Notes under the pieces: model-generated | What the model was told of the DNA's origin: nothing | The model's input: the letters and a program-made list of their open reading frames with translations, nothing else | Databases searched by the model: none | Program-made: the position numbers and the translations under genes | DNA from: Giardia intestinalis | Taxonomy: Eukaryota | Strand: one strand, 5' to 3' | NCBI GenBank assembly: GCA_000002435.2 | Contig: CM018791.1 | Length of the DNA stretch: 64,000 nucleotides | Shown: in pieces, positions 1 through 10,133 of the stretch | How the letters are laid out: every line of letters starts with the position of its first letter | How positions within the stretch are numbered: the first letter of the stretch is position 1

Positions 1-478
1 GCAAGCACACCCTTCATTTTCGACAAGAAAGGCACCAGACTGGACTCTGTGTAGTACACGTTGTTAGCAAGAACATCTACTTTGAACGATTCCAAAAGGA
101 AAAAGCGATCCTTTAGAGAAATTCCATCAAACTGAGGAAACAATTTGTACTGGGAGCCGTCAACGACTGGGGGCATTTGCTCCAGTAGCACGAAGTCTTT
201 TCGATATGCATCAAGCACCTTTTGGGACAAAAAGATATAGCGATTGAGTGCTTCAACACGCATTTCAGCACCTACATGTCTCTGGAGAGCCGCACGATTG
301 TAGTACGAGAGAGCCCTCTCCAAATTGTTCTGGCATCGTAGAGAATCTCCGATGAGTAGTGACAATTCCAGCGCCTCGGGACTTGATGGCAAGTACGAAT
401 TAAGTGCTTGTTCTGCGGCCTCCACCAGCGCGCTGCTAGGACCGTCGTAGAAAAGCTGGACCAAGCTCTGAATCATGT
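1..478 (-). CDS. Hypothetical protein, N-terminal fragment (159 codons). The gene runs off the 5' edge of the window.
   Basis: The reverse complement of 1-478 reads ATG (476-478) MIQSLVQLFYDGPSSALVEAAEQALNSYLPSS... with no stop codon through position 1. An AT-rich initiator lies upstream (cccaaaaaaacATG). It is not in the ORF track because it has no stop codon inside the window. The translation looks like a varied, helical protein. Confidence 0.55.
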
Positions 479-588
479 TTTTTTGGGATTGCCCGTGGAC
501 TATGGCTTAGTGGTGGATTGTGTAGGCTAGAGGCCGTGGTACGTGCGTATTAGCCGCTCGTGCATCCGTGTCCACAAATAAATATCTG

Positions 589-3500
589 ATGAATTCTGAT
601 CGCTCCGCTCCACTCCGCCTATGGTTCTCAGCCGCTAGCAATGGGGACACAGAGTTCTTGAAGCATCATACGGAGGCCTGCAAAGGAAAGCTAAACGAGG
701 CCGGCTTAACAGCACTTGCGCTGGCAATCTCTTCTAATCAATTTGAGTCTGCTGCATATCTTTCTGAACACGAAGCCACTGTGCGATTAGCAAAAAGGCA
801 GACTCCGCTGATGCTTGCAGCGTCTCTGAATCGTACAGATATCCTCCCTCTTCTCCATGCAACCTATGGGTGGCAGGACGAGGACGGGAAGACAGCGTTG
901 ATGTACGCAGTGCTAGCTAGCAATGCACTGGCGTCTGTGAGGCACCTTGCACCCCACGAGCACGGAATCCAATCAACTGTTTTCGAAGTGACAACGGACG
1001 ATCTTGATCTCTTCGACCGTCAGATGGAGTCCCTGCAGTATGTAACACCTTACTTCTTGTTTGAGGGTGCTATGGTCGAGGCTGTCACCGCTCTTACTCG
1101 CGACAAAACGGCCCTGCACATGGCCGTACTGGCGGGCAACGTAGACGCCTTTTCGGTACTCCTTCCCTTGGAGTACTCTATTGCCAACGCCAATAAAGAG
1201 TACTTTACTATGCTGCTTTCAAGATTAGACCCAGACACTGCTGCACTCTTCTGTCCGCTTATGACGGAAAATGCCCATCTAATCAGGTCCATCTTTGGAG
1301 CCAAGTCGAGCTCTACTGGTAAAACGGCTTTGTTGTATGCGATAGCAGAGAGAAATGCTCCGTTAGTAGAGTTCTTTTCAGCCTATGAGCTGCAAACTAG
1401 CATTACAGAGGCTGACATAGCCTTTCCTAGCCCCGATCAACAGGGAACTATAGCTGATAGCACGGAGTTGATAGAGAAACGGACATATAAAGGGTTTACA
1501 CCATTTCACTATGCGGCACTGACCGGAGACCAGCAGATCGTCTCTACTCTATTTAATTCAGTTGGAAGATTGGGAATCGTCTCTCTTGTCGAGCAGACAG
1601 ATGACCTGGGTCGTACTCCACTGCACATAGCAGCCTCGTTGCTTAATTTTAATTATATGGAGGAGTACCTGACCTTTGCTTCGCAGAACATGTTGAAGCT
1701 TAACATACAGGATGCGCGAGGCTTCAGCCCCATTGACTATGCAATTGTGTCGCCCTTGCTTGGAACTTACTGCGCAGAGTATCGAACCGCAGCGTCGAAG
1801 AGAAGGTCACATGCGTCCTATGGTGAAATAGTCTCAACAGAAGTCCCCTCAGACGTTTCTGCTGCATTCTCCAAGATCTTAGATAGCACGGTTTCTATTT
1901 ATCAACGGGAAAATAGTGACCCCACTAATCTGGAGAAGAAAGTGGCCGGCCATCTTGTGTTAGCCGTATCAAGGTTCAACTGCATGGCTGTGGATAAGAT
2001 AAGCAAGTACTGCGATGCACAACAGTTGAGCGAAGCCCTCCTGGAGGCTGCCAAGCTGTGTTTTAATGAGGTTGTCCCACATCTACTTGGGGACCCGCGA
2101 CATACCAATTCTGCCCAAGCCTCTGCTTCACTGTTTGCAGCAACTTGTGAAAATGGTCCCTTTAGGTCACTATTTCCACGCAATGAGAAAGCCCGCAATG
2201 AACGTGGGGAGACAGCTCTCATGCTGGCATGCAAAGCCCGCTGCTTTACAAATGCACTGATCGCAGTTGACGCCGAAGCGGGTCTCAAAACGTGCAACGG
2301 AGAAACCGCACTCATGTTTCTGGCCTCTTTGGGAGAACTTCCTTGCGAAGATGAACAAAGATCACTCTATAGAGAGCTTTCTGAGCGCTTGGTTTCTGCA
2401 GAAAAGGGCTCAATAGATGTGCGCGGCTATACAGCCCTGATGTACGCGGCCAAAGCAAATTCTCTGAGCCTCGTACACCAGCTACTTCGGTGGGAGTACG
2501 GGCATGTGGCATTTGACCAACTCACGTCACTGGCAGTGGCAGCACAGCATGGAAACGTGCAAGTTGTGGAGGCAATGCTTGCGTATGAAAAGAGCAAGCT
2601 TCTCGATGCAGAGCAAGATAAGATTGAGACCAAGTCCTTCACAAATTTGCGTGTGACAGCTCTGATGCTCGCTGCTGCCCGTCCTAACAACTCACGGATG
2701 TGTCAGCTGCTGGCTCCAATACAGGCTGGCATTCAAGACCAAACGGGATCGACTGCCCTTATGTATGCTGTGAAGAATGGCCACCCAGCTAATGCCAATG
2801 TACTAGCGTCTTATGAGCACTTAAAGATAGACGAAAAGGGATACAGCGCTCTTATGTACGCCATCGATAAAAACCAAACTCCCTCTATCCTCAGTCTGAT
2901 TGAGTACGAGTGTGGCATTGGTCTCTCCAGAGGCACAGGGCAAACAGCTATGATCCTTGCCGTGAAGAGTAAGGTCATAAGTATAGGCAGCAAACTACAA
3001 TACATCAAAGAACTAATCGGAAAGGAGGGTGGTGTCCAAGACAAAAGTAAAAGGACGGCGCTGATGTATGCAATTGAATCAGGAGAGGAAGGAAGCGACC
3101 AGCTGGCACTCCTGTTAGCAAAGCACGAGAAGGGGCGGCAAATGGCCGATGGAACTAGCGCCTTGATGCTTGCAGTCAAACATGAAATGTACGGTGTTGC
3201 CTTGGCCCTTACGGCATTCGAAGTGGGACTGACTACGAATACTGGATACACCGCCCTCATGTACTTATCAGCGGGGGAGAATCCATATCTCTTAGCAGAC
3301 CATAAGAAGGCGGACTACGATCAGCTGCTTCGAAAATTAGTCTTGGCAGAGGCACGGAAGCTTGATAACGACGGATGCACCGCCCTCATGCTTGCAGTCA
3401 CACATAGAAACACACGCATCATCAAGGAGCTTCTTCCCTACGAAACTAAACAGACTAATGCGAGAGGAGAGACAATGCTTATGTATGCAGCTGAGCACAA

Positions 3501-4584
3501 TATGGTAGAAATCGTCGAACTGTTAATAGACTATGAAGCTGGCATGCGTGACAAGGATGGAGAGAACGCTCTTATTCACGCGTGTAAGGCAGGCATGGTC
3601 GATGCGGCAATCGTTTTGGCAAGGTGTCCGGCCGAAGTCGACTGTGTTCCGCGAGACGGTGTAGAGGCTACCCCCATGATGGTTGCCGCTGAGTGCGGGT
3701 TGAGCTCTGTCGTTATTGCCTTGAAGCAATCGTGTGTTGGCTTTGTCTGTACAAAAGGGCCGTACTCTGGGTACTCTGCACTAGGTTTAGCGATCAAGGG
3801 AGGCCATGAAACCATAGTAAAGCTCCTCTACGACGAGATCCCTCTGTGCATGGGGTCACAGTACGGCGCCATAGAGTTGTGCATCCGCTTCAAGAGGGAG
3901 AACATGCTCCTATGGATCCTAGAATATTGTTCAAGACACAGCAAATTGGAAACAGCAGCGAAGTCCACTTGCTTCCCCAAAAGCACAGAGGTACACATCC
4001 CAGAGGCTAGTCTGGCTGCATCATACTTTTATGGGTCATCAGTGGGAAATGTGCAGATAATGCACCTGTCGGTTGAGATGCTTGGAGAGAAGGCTGCTGA
4101 CATGCAATGCAGCAAGCCTCTGAAGGCCCTTGATGCACGGTTCTATGCACTGCTACTGCACAGGAACACAAGTGAGGTCCTTGCTTGTCTCAAGAAGCGG
4201 TGGGCCTGGGTTCTAGAGGCGATTCATAGATCCATTAAAGAGGATGCTTTGCTTCTTCTCTTGGCAGACCAAATACTATATATGCTTCTGGACGACATCG
4301 ACCAGGATGAGTTACATACAGAGCTCTCTCTTGCCCATCGGCTTGAAGGGGCTTTACACGAATTGTCCCGCGCACTCAGGGAATATGAAATTGACAGCTG
4401 CTGTGTCTGCATGGATGCAGACGCAGACGTGATCTTTTTCCCGTGTAAGCACATGATAGCGTGTGAATCTTGCGCAAAGGGTCTCGCACGTTGTCCATAC
4501 TGTCGAACTATCATAAGTGAGATTTTCAATCCGTACTTCTTGCAGCTCACGGACAACTCAAAGCATCATTGCGCCATAATATAG
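589..4584 (+). CDS. Ankyrin-repeat protein (Giardia 'protein 21.1'-like) with a C-terminal C3HC4 RING finger.
   Basis: There are more than 25 ankyrin repeats with recurring G(E/K)TALMYA...GH motifs. The C-terminus CCVCMDADADVIFFPCKHMIACESCAKGLARCPYCR is a RING finger. The track ORF starts at a GTG at 568. The first ATG is at 589, in the context caaataaatatctgATG. Confidence 0.9.
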   Translation: MNSDRSAPLRLWFSAASNGDTEFLKHHTEACKGKLNEAGLTALALAISSNQFESAAYLSEHEATVRLAKRQTPLMLAASLNRTDILPLLHATYGWQDEDGKTALMYAVLASNALASVRHLAPHEHGIQSTVFEVTTDDLDLFDRQMESLQYVTPYFLFEGAMVEAVTALTRDKTALHMAVLAGNVDAFSVLLPLEYSIANANKEYFTMLLSRLDPDTAALFCPLMTENAHLIRSIFGAKSSSTGKTALLYAIAERNAPLVEFFSAYELQTSITEADIAFPSPDQQGTIADSTELIEKRTYKGFTPFHYAALTGDQQIVSTLFNSVGRLGIVSLVEQTDDLGRTPLHIAASLLNFNYMEEYLTFASQNMLKLNIQDARGFSPIDYAIVSPLLGTYCAEYRTAASKRRSHASYGEIVSTEVPSDVSAAFSKILDSTVSIYQRENSDPTNLEKKVAGHLVLAVSRFNCMAVDKISKYCDAQQLSEALLEAAKLCFNEVVPHLLGDPRHTNSAQASASLFAATCENGPFRSLFPRNEKARNERGETALMLACKARCFTNALIAVDAEAGLKTCNGETALMFLASLGELPCEDEQRSLYRELSERLVSAEKGSIDVRGYTALMYAAKANSLSLVHQLLRWEYGHVAFDQLTSLAVAAQHGNVQVVEAMLAYEKSKLLDAEQDKIETKSFTNLRVTALMLAAARPNNSRMCQLLAPIQAGIQDQTGSTALMYAVKNGHPANANVLASYEHLKIDEKGYSALMYAIDKNQTPSILSLIEYECGIGLSRGTGQTAMILAVKSKVISIGSKLQYIKELIGKEGGVQDKSKRTALMYAIESGEEGSDQLALLLAKHEKGRQMADGTSALMLAVKHEMYGVALALTAFEVGLTTNTGYTALMYLSAGENPYLLADHKKADYDQLLRKLVLAEARKLDNDGCTALMLAVTHRNTRIIKELLPYETKQTNARGETMLMYAAEHNMVEIVELLIDYEAGMRDKDGENALIHACKAGMVDAAIVLARCPAEVDCVPRDGVEATPMMVAAECGLSSVVIALKQSCVGFVCTKGPYSGYSALGLAIKGGHETIVKLLYDEIPLCMGSQYGAIELCIRFKRENMLLWILEYCSRHSKLETAAKSTCFPKSTEVHIPEASLAASYFYGSSVGNVQIMHLSVEMLGEKAADMQCSKPLKALDARFYALLLHRNTSEVLACLKKRWAWVLEAIHRSIKEDALLLLLADQILYMLLDDIDQDELHTELSLAHRLEGALHELSRALREYEIDSCCVCMDADADVIFFPCKHMIACESCAKGLARCPYCRTIISEIFNPYFLQLTDNSKHHCAII

Positions 4585-5243
4585 CCAGCTAAGGTTTTAG
4601 GTGTACTTTTGCACAACAATTTTAGTCAGGTTTTGGAGAAAATTATAGATTTTTATGATTCCCAACACCCCTTGGATGACAGTGTCAGTAAAAGGTATCA
4701 GTAAGAGGAATGGATGAAGTCATCACCTAAAGTGCAAACGAAGGCCTCCACTCCGTCATCATCACGGTTGTGCCGCTACGCACTTTAACGTGACCAACTG
4801 CCTTGAGAAGAGCCTAAATCTGCGAATAAACCAAGTTCAGCACTAGCTAATCAAAAGATTACACGACGAATTGTTGGGGACCTCGGGGAAAGTTTTGGTT
4901 TTTGGCCAACATGCGAGGCTGTGGCTATGCTGTGGTCTCAGTATTAGTAAAAATTCTTCCATCATTAAAGTGTCTGCATCCTAGCAGACTAGCAGCAAGA
5001 GGGCACAGGATTATAACGCGAAGCGGCTGCCGCCCCACAAAGGTCAATCATGGCTCATAATTAATTTTAATTGCCTTTCATCTATTGCCTGCCTATCCCG
5101 AAGTTTTTGCGGGCGGCACCTGCATTTTAAATTAGAGCACCACATCGCTGGTGACAAAGCAGTAAGACTCAAATGCTTAACACGTTTTAATTCATTGAAA
5201 TAGTTAATTACTTAGACTGGCACTGAGCAGTGTGGAATTGCCC

Positions 5244-5864
5244 ATGGCGTGTCTAGGTGAGGTTCACAGGCAGCTTCTAGACGTAATCCAAAGATCTCGC
5301 GTAATCGACCAGCAAGTCAGGACGATGAGGGAGACGACGTTATCACGCCCAATGATTTCCTTGGACATGTCAATAAATAGCAAGTCACCGGCAATGAGAA
5401 TGGCTTTGAATGACGAGCCGCCTGACTGCGACGAGTCAACGCTTCTGGCTGATGCAATATACCATCAACACTGTGCGTCGGTGGCAGCACCAGGGATGGC
5501 ACCGGAGCTCACCAGTGCCTCTCACTTGTCCGACGGCGTAGGATCCCGGCAAGGCGATGCGATAGACTTCCTAGTTTCTACGCTACAGAGGGTGGTGCAC
5601 GACGCAAACGCTGTCCTCCGTTACGCGAAACAAGTAGGCCAAGCTAACGAACTGAGAGACACGATTCAGCCTCAGGCGTACGCTGACCCCATCCCCGACT
5701 ACTTCTCCTTAGTGGAGCGGGCGAGACAGAGTGGGCATAATGACAGCGTCGCATACAATCCCGTCGGAGGGTTTATTCGATACGTATACTCTCTGATAGA
5801 CAGAAATGCGGCCCTCCAACGAGAGCTTCAGAGACATGCTAAGTTATGTAAAGGGTCTTATTAG
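5244..5864 (+). CDS. Hypothetical protein (206 aa).
   Basis: The open frame reads MACLGEVHRQLLDVIQRS... The track start at 5232 is a GTG and the first ATG is at 5244. Composition is not low-complexity, but no motif is recognisable and the initiator context is weak. Confidence 0.4.
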   Translation: MACLGEVHRQLLDVIQRSRVIDQQVRTMRETTLSRPMISLDMSINSKSPAMRMALNDEPPDCDESTLLADAIYHQHCASVAAPGMAPELTSASHLSDGVGSRQGDAIDFLVSTLQRVVHDANAVLRYAKQVGQANELRDTIQPQAYADPIPDYFSLVERARQSGHNDSVAYNPVGGFIRYVYSLIDRNAALQRELQRHAKLCKGSY

Positions 5865-6210
5865 CCATCCTGGTAGCTCGCTCGTGGGTGGCCCGGATGG
5901 CGCGTCTCTGCCTGATCCAACTGGCGAACCATACGCTCAAGATTATCAAGGCGAAGGCCAGTGCGACCCCAAAGAGGGCTATGAAGGTAAACTCAGTGCC
6001 AGATAGATTAAATATGGACGAGCGGACGCAGATGCCGGACTGAATGGTGTTCAAGAATCGATATCCTTCTTCACACTCCGTGCATTCTATGCGTGAATCG
6101 TTTGTGTCGTAGTAGCAGCGTGCACAGTAGACTGTCCCTGTCGCAGGATTGTTGCAAGACACGCAGTGGGCACCAATGGACACTTGGCCGTCTGGACACG
6201 CCGTCGCCAT
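5839..6210 (-). CDS. Small cysteine-rich single-pass membrane protein (123 aa), resembling a fragment of a high-cysteine protein.
   Basis: It has an ATG start in a good AT-rich context (caaaaatttagATG). It carries CxxC and CxxC-like motifs (CVSCNN, CARCYY, CTECEE), then a hydrophobic helix FTFIALFGVALAFALIILSVWFASWI and a basic tail. There is no VSP-type CRGKA tail and no signal peptide. It overlaps the 3' end of the previous gene by 26 bp. Confidence 0.4.
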   Translation of the reverse strand: MATACPDGQVSIGAHCVSCNNPATGTVYCARCYYDTNDSRIECTECEEGYRFLNTIQSGICVRSSIFNLSGTEFTFIALFGVALAFALIILSVWFASWIRQRRAIRATHERATRMANKTLYIT

Positions 6211-6675
6211 CTAAATTTTTGTTATGCCGGCGGCAGGATTTGAGTGAAGGAGCTCAGCCGGTTGGCTTGGATGCGTTCTTTTGTATAACTCATCGCAGGG
6301 TCATACGGGGCAAGAACCTGTCATCACAGCTTTTAATTTAGTGCGATTCTGGAAGTCGGCAAAAAACGATATTAAATTGGAAATTCAAGTGAAATTTCAC
6401 GTCTGTCCTTTTGGATGATGGGCGTGAGAGACCCACTTTTCTATGTCTTCGTTGCATTCTGAACATTGCGAAGTGCCGTGTCCCGGGGAAGGTCTCGCCT
6501 CCTATTAGCTAGGGCAACCATCTGTGGTGTCCCTAGCATTCCCTGCTTGAGCTAGGGATCATCCAGTCGCTGCTTTGTCGCTCATTCTACCTATCACACG
6601 GACCTGATACTTTGAGATAGAGCGATCATCCTTGTCAGAGGCTGGTATACTGTTGTAGAGTAATCAGATTAATCT

Positions 6676-7137
6676 ATGCAGAAGGTGACCGCTTTTCTTG
6701 ACAACGGAGGCGTGCTGCGGCAGTGCCCTGACAATGCCACCGTTACTCTTGTTGATGCTCTCACTCGTAACGGTAGCCCGGTAGTAGTGGTGCAGACTGA
6801 CGATGGGATTGCGTCCCAGGTGCCACTTCAGAACTGCACACACGCTACTGTGGCTGGTGCTGCGCTCTACCTTTTCGACAAGGACGTCACGCTCTTAGTA
6901 TTACTTTTCCAGTCCCAAGCACAGGCCGCCAAGTTTACTGAGACCGTGGCCAAGCATGTCAAACTTCTGGGGGCAGGGGGGCTCAACATCGAGGAGGCCC
7001 TACACGGAAAGAAGGCCGACTCTGACCTCGACTGCGACCAGGAGACACAAATACTGGGGATACTAAGGGACCCTTCATTTCCGGAATACGTGGACGCTGT
7101 TGAGAAGATTTTGTGCCGTATGATTGTGACCAAGTGA
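6676..7137 (+). CDS. Hypothetical protein (153 aa).
   Basis: ATG at 6676 with an AT-rich initiator (taatcagattaatctATG). The ORF has a clean protein-like composition. No recognisable domain. Confidence 0.5.
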   Translation: MQKVTAFLDNGGVLRQCPDNATVTLVDALTRNGSPVVVVQTDDGIASQVPLQNCTHATVAGAALYLFDKDVTLLVLLFQSQAQAAKFTETVAKHVKLLGAGGLNIEEALHGKKADSDLDCDQETQILGILRDPSFPEYVDAVEKILCRMIVTK

Positions 7138-7237
7138 GGCATCGTATGCTCCAGCATGCTACTGGGCTACTGGGTGCTTTTGGCCGTTCTGGTTATTGTC
7201 TGCTCTCTTCTTTTCCGTCTCTTTACAACTAAAATAA

Positions 7238-8410
7238 ATGACCGATACTTTTCATGCTTTGCAGCAAGCCGAGACAGAACTCCAGTTTCTACAGTCGCAA
7301 ATAGAGTTTGCACAAGCAGATTATCAGCATTTATGGAACTTGATCACCTCCCTGCGCTCGCAACTCGAGCAACACTGTGTGACACCCCTTGCCATAGGAC
7401 AGTTTGTAGAGTTTGCAGACGAAGACTACGCGGTGGTACAAGCGTCTACGAACTTCGGTAACTCTCTTGTGCGAATTAGCAGCTCTGTTGACCGCCTCAA
7501 ACTGAAGCCGATGTCTACCCTGGCCCTGGCCAAAAACTCTCTGGCTCTACTGAAGGTTCTCCCGTCGGACAACGAGATGAATTCCAATGTAATCTCCATT
7601 GAGGCCAAGCCAACGGTCACATACGCAGATATCGGTGGATATGACCAAGCAAAGCTGGAACTTCGAGAAGCAGTCGAGTTTCCATTGAAATCCCCAGAGC
7701 TTTTTGCAGCCCTAAACATACAGCCTCCGAACGCCGTGCTTCTGCACGGGCCTCCAGGCTGTGCTAAGTCTCTCTTGGTGAAAGCATGTGCGAACAGCTG
7801 TGACTGCACTTTCATATCTGTCACCTCCAGCTCATGCGTGAACAAATACTTAGGAGAGGGCCCCCGCACCATCCGTGACATCTACCGGCTTGCCCGTGAG
7901 AATGCGCCGTCAATTATTTTCTTTGACGAGATTGATGCCATAGCCAACAAACGCGGGGACTCGACGACAGAGGGAGACAAGGAGACTGCTCGCATCCTGA
8001 TGGAGTTGCTCACCAATCTAGATGGATTTGACAACGATTCCAACCTTAATAACGGCAAGATTGTTAAGACGATCTTCGCCACCAACAAGCCCGAGATGCT
8101 CGACCCTGCCCTTCTTCGAACTGGCCGAGCAGACCGGAAGATTTTCATGGACTACCCCACGAAGCGGGATAAGCGATTGATCTTCCAGACGTGTTCTAAG
8201 GACATGAAATTGGCCAACGATGTAGACTTTGAGATCTTCGTCATGCGGGGAGAGAAAATCTCCGGTGCCGAGATAGCCTCCATCTGCACAGAGGCCGGGA
8301 TGTCTGCCATTCGCGCTAATAGATACACAGTTAACATGGCCGACTTTGAGAAAGCATACTCTATTGTAGTTTCCAAGAGACAGTCTGCTAATAGACAGAT
8401 CTTTGAGTAA
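7238..8410 (+). CDS. 26S proteasome regulatory AAA-ATPase subunit (Rpt family).
   Basis: N-terminal coiled coil, then the Walker A region LLHGPPGCAKSLLVKA. It also has a Walker B (IIFFDEIDAI) and an arginine-finger region (NKPEMLDPALLRTGRADRKIF), with typical Rpt spacing. The initiator is aaaataaATG. The AGTAAAT poly(A) signal overlaps the TAA stop. Confidence 0.9.
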   Translation: MTDTFHALQQAETELQFLQSQIEFAQADYQHLWNLITSLRSQLEQHCVTPLAIGQFVEFADEDYAVVQASTNFGNSLVRISSSVDRLKLKPMSTLALAKNSLALLKVLPSDNEMNSNVISIEAKPTVTYADIGGYDQAKLELREAVEFPLKSPELFAALNIQPPNAVLLHGPPGCAKSLLVKACANSCDCTFISVTSSSCVNKYLGEGPRTIRDIYRLARENAPSIIFFDEIDAIANKRGDSTTEGDKETARILMELLTNLDGFDNDSNLNNGKIVKTIFATNKPEMLDPALLRTGRADRKIFMDYPTKRDKRLIFQTCSKDMKLANDVDFEIFVMRGEKISGAEIASICTEAGMSAIRANRYTVNMADFEKAYSIVVSKRQSANRQIFE

Positions 8411-8412
8411 AT
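8406..8412 (+). promoter_or_regulatory. Giardia-type poly(A) signal AGTAAAT overlapping the stop codon of the Rpt gene.
   Basis: The sequence gAGTAAAtg contains the TAA stop at 8408-8410. It matches the AGTRAAY consensus described for Giardia. Confidence 0.6.
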
Positions 8413-8524
8413 GCCTCCTGGCCTCTGCTGTGTCTTTATACTTGTGTGCATATGCATGTAGACGGGCACTGGAGTGGATCTCTGAAGATTTTAAAGACTG
8501 AAAAGCTTCAGAAGAAGAAGGAAA

Positions 8525-8986
8525 ATGGAGCAAAATCAGAACTTGTGTGTCCAGACATTTCACATTCTAGACAAGGATGGAGATAACCGCATTTCTATGG
8601 AGGATTTAGAAGCATTTCTTTGCACGCTCTATGATGAGGGGGCAGTTGCAGAGGTTAACATTAGAGCCATTATTGAGAGCCTGATCAGCACGCGGGAACC
8701 GGCGCTTGACTACGTAGAACTGTTAGACTTCATTCGTGAGAATGGCTTGCTTCACGGTCATCAATCAAAGACACAGATGACACGGGCCATTCAGCGTCTC
8801 CAGGGCACGCGCTTCTCCTTCAGCACAGCCGATCTAGAGTCAAAGATGCTTGACTTAGGATTTGAGATAACGCAACAGGAGATCGACGATGTTCTGGAAA
8901 CATTCACAGGAGCGAAGGACGGAGAGGTTACCGGGGATATGTTGGCGCACCTGTTCTCTCAGCTGTGCGCATCCGACCTGGTCTAG
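8525..8986 (+). CDS. EF-hand calcium-binding protein (153 aa; calmodulin or light-chain-like).
   Basis: It has a canonical EF-hand loop DKDGDNRISMED near the N-terminus and a second, degenerate one (GAKDGEVTGDM). Initiator is agaagaaggaaaATG. Confidence 0.75.
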   Translation: MEQNQNLCVQTFHILDKDGDNRISMEDLEAFLCTLYDEGAVAEVNIRAIIESLISTREPALDYVELLDFIRENGLLHGHQSKTQMTRAIQRLQGTRFSFSTADLESKMLDLGFEITQQEIDDVLETFTGAKDGEVTGDMLAHLFSQLCASDLV

Positions 8987-9023
8987 CAGTCTTCCACGAG
9001 TATAGAATAAACGTAATGCTAGT

Positions 9024-10109
<1,086 letters not shown>

Positions 10110-10133
10110 TTATTTTAAAAGTAGATTTTTGGC

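Noticed and set aside
8018-8563. Antisense and overlapping ORFs inside confident genes. Examples: 8018-8563 (-) and 7426-7881 (-) within the Rpt gene; 9129-9338 (+) and 9472-9798 (+) within Get3; 37218-37832 (-) within the MORN gene; 62392-62877 (-) and 63199-63645 (-) within AdhE; and the many 60-150 aa ORFs inside the giant genes.
   Set aside because: They are embedded opposite or out of frame in genes with strong homology or long uninterrupted frames. They lack initiator context and have biased, low-complexity translations. They are expected by chance in ~50% GC DNA.
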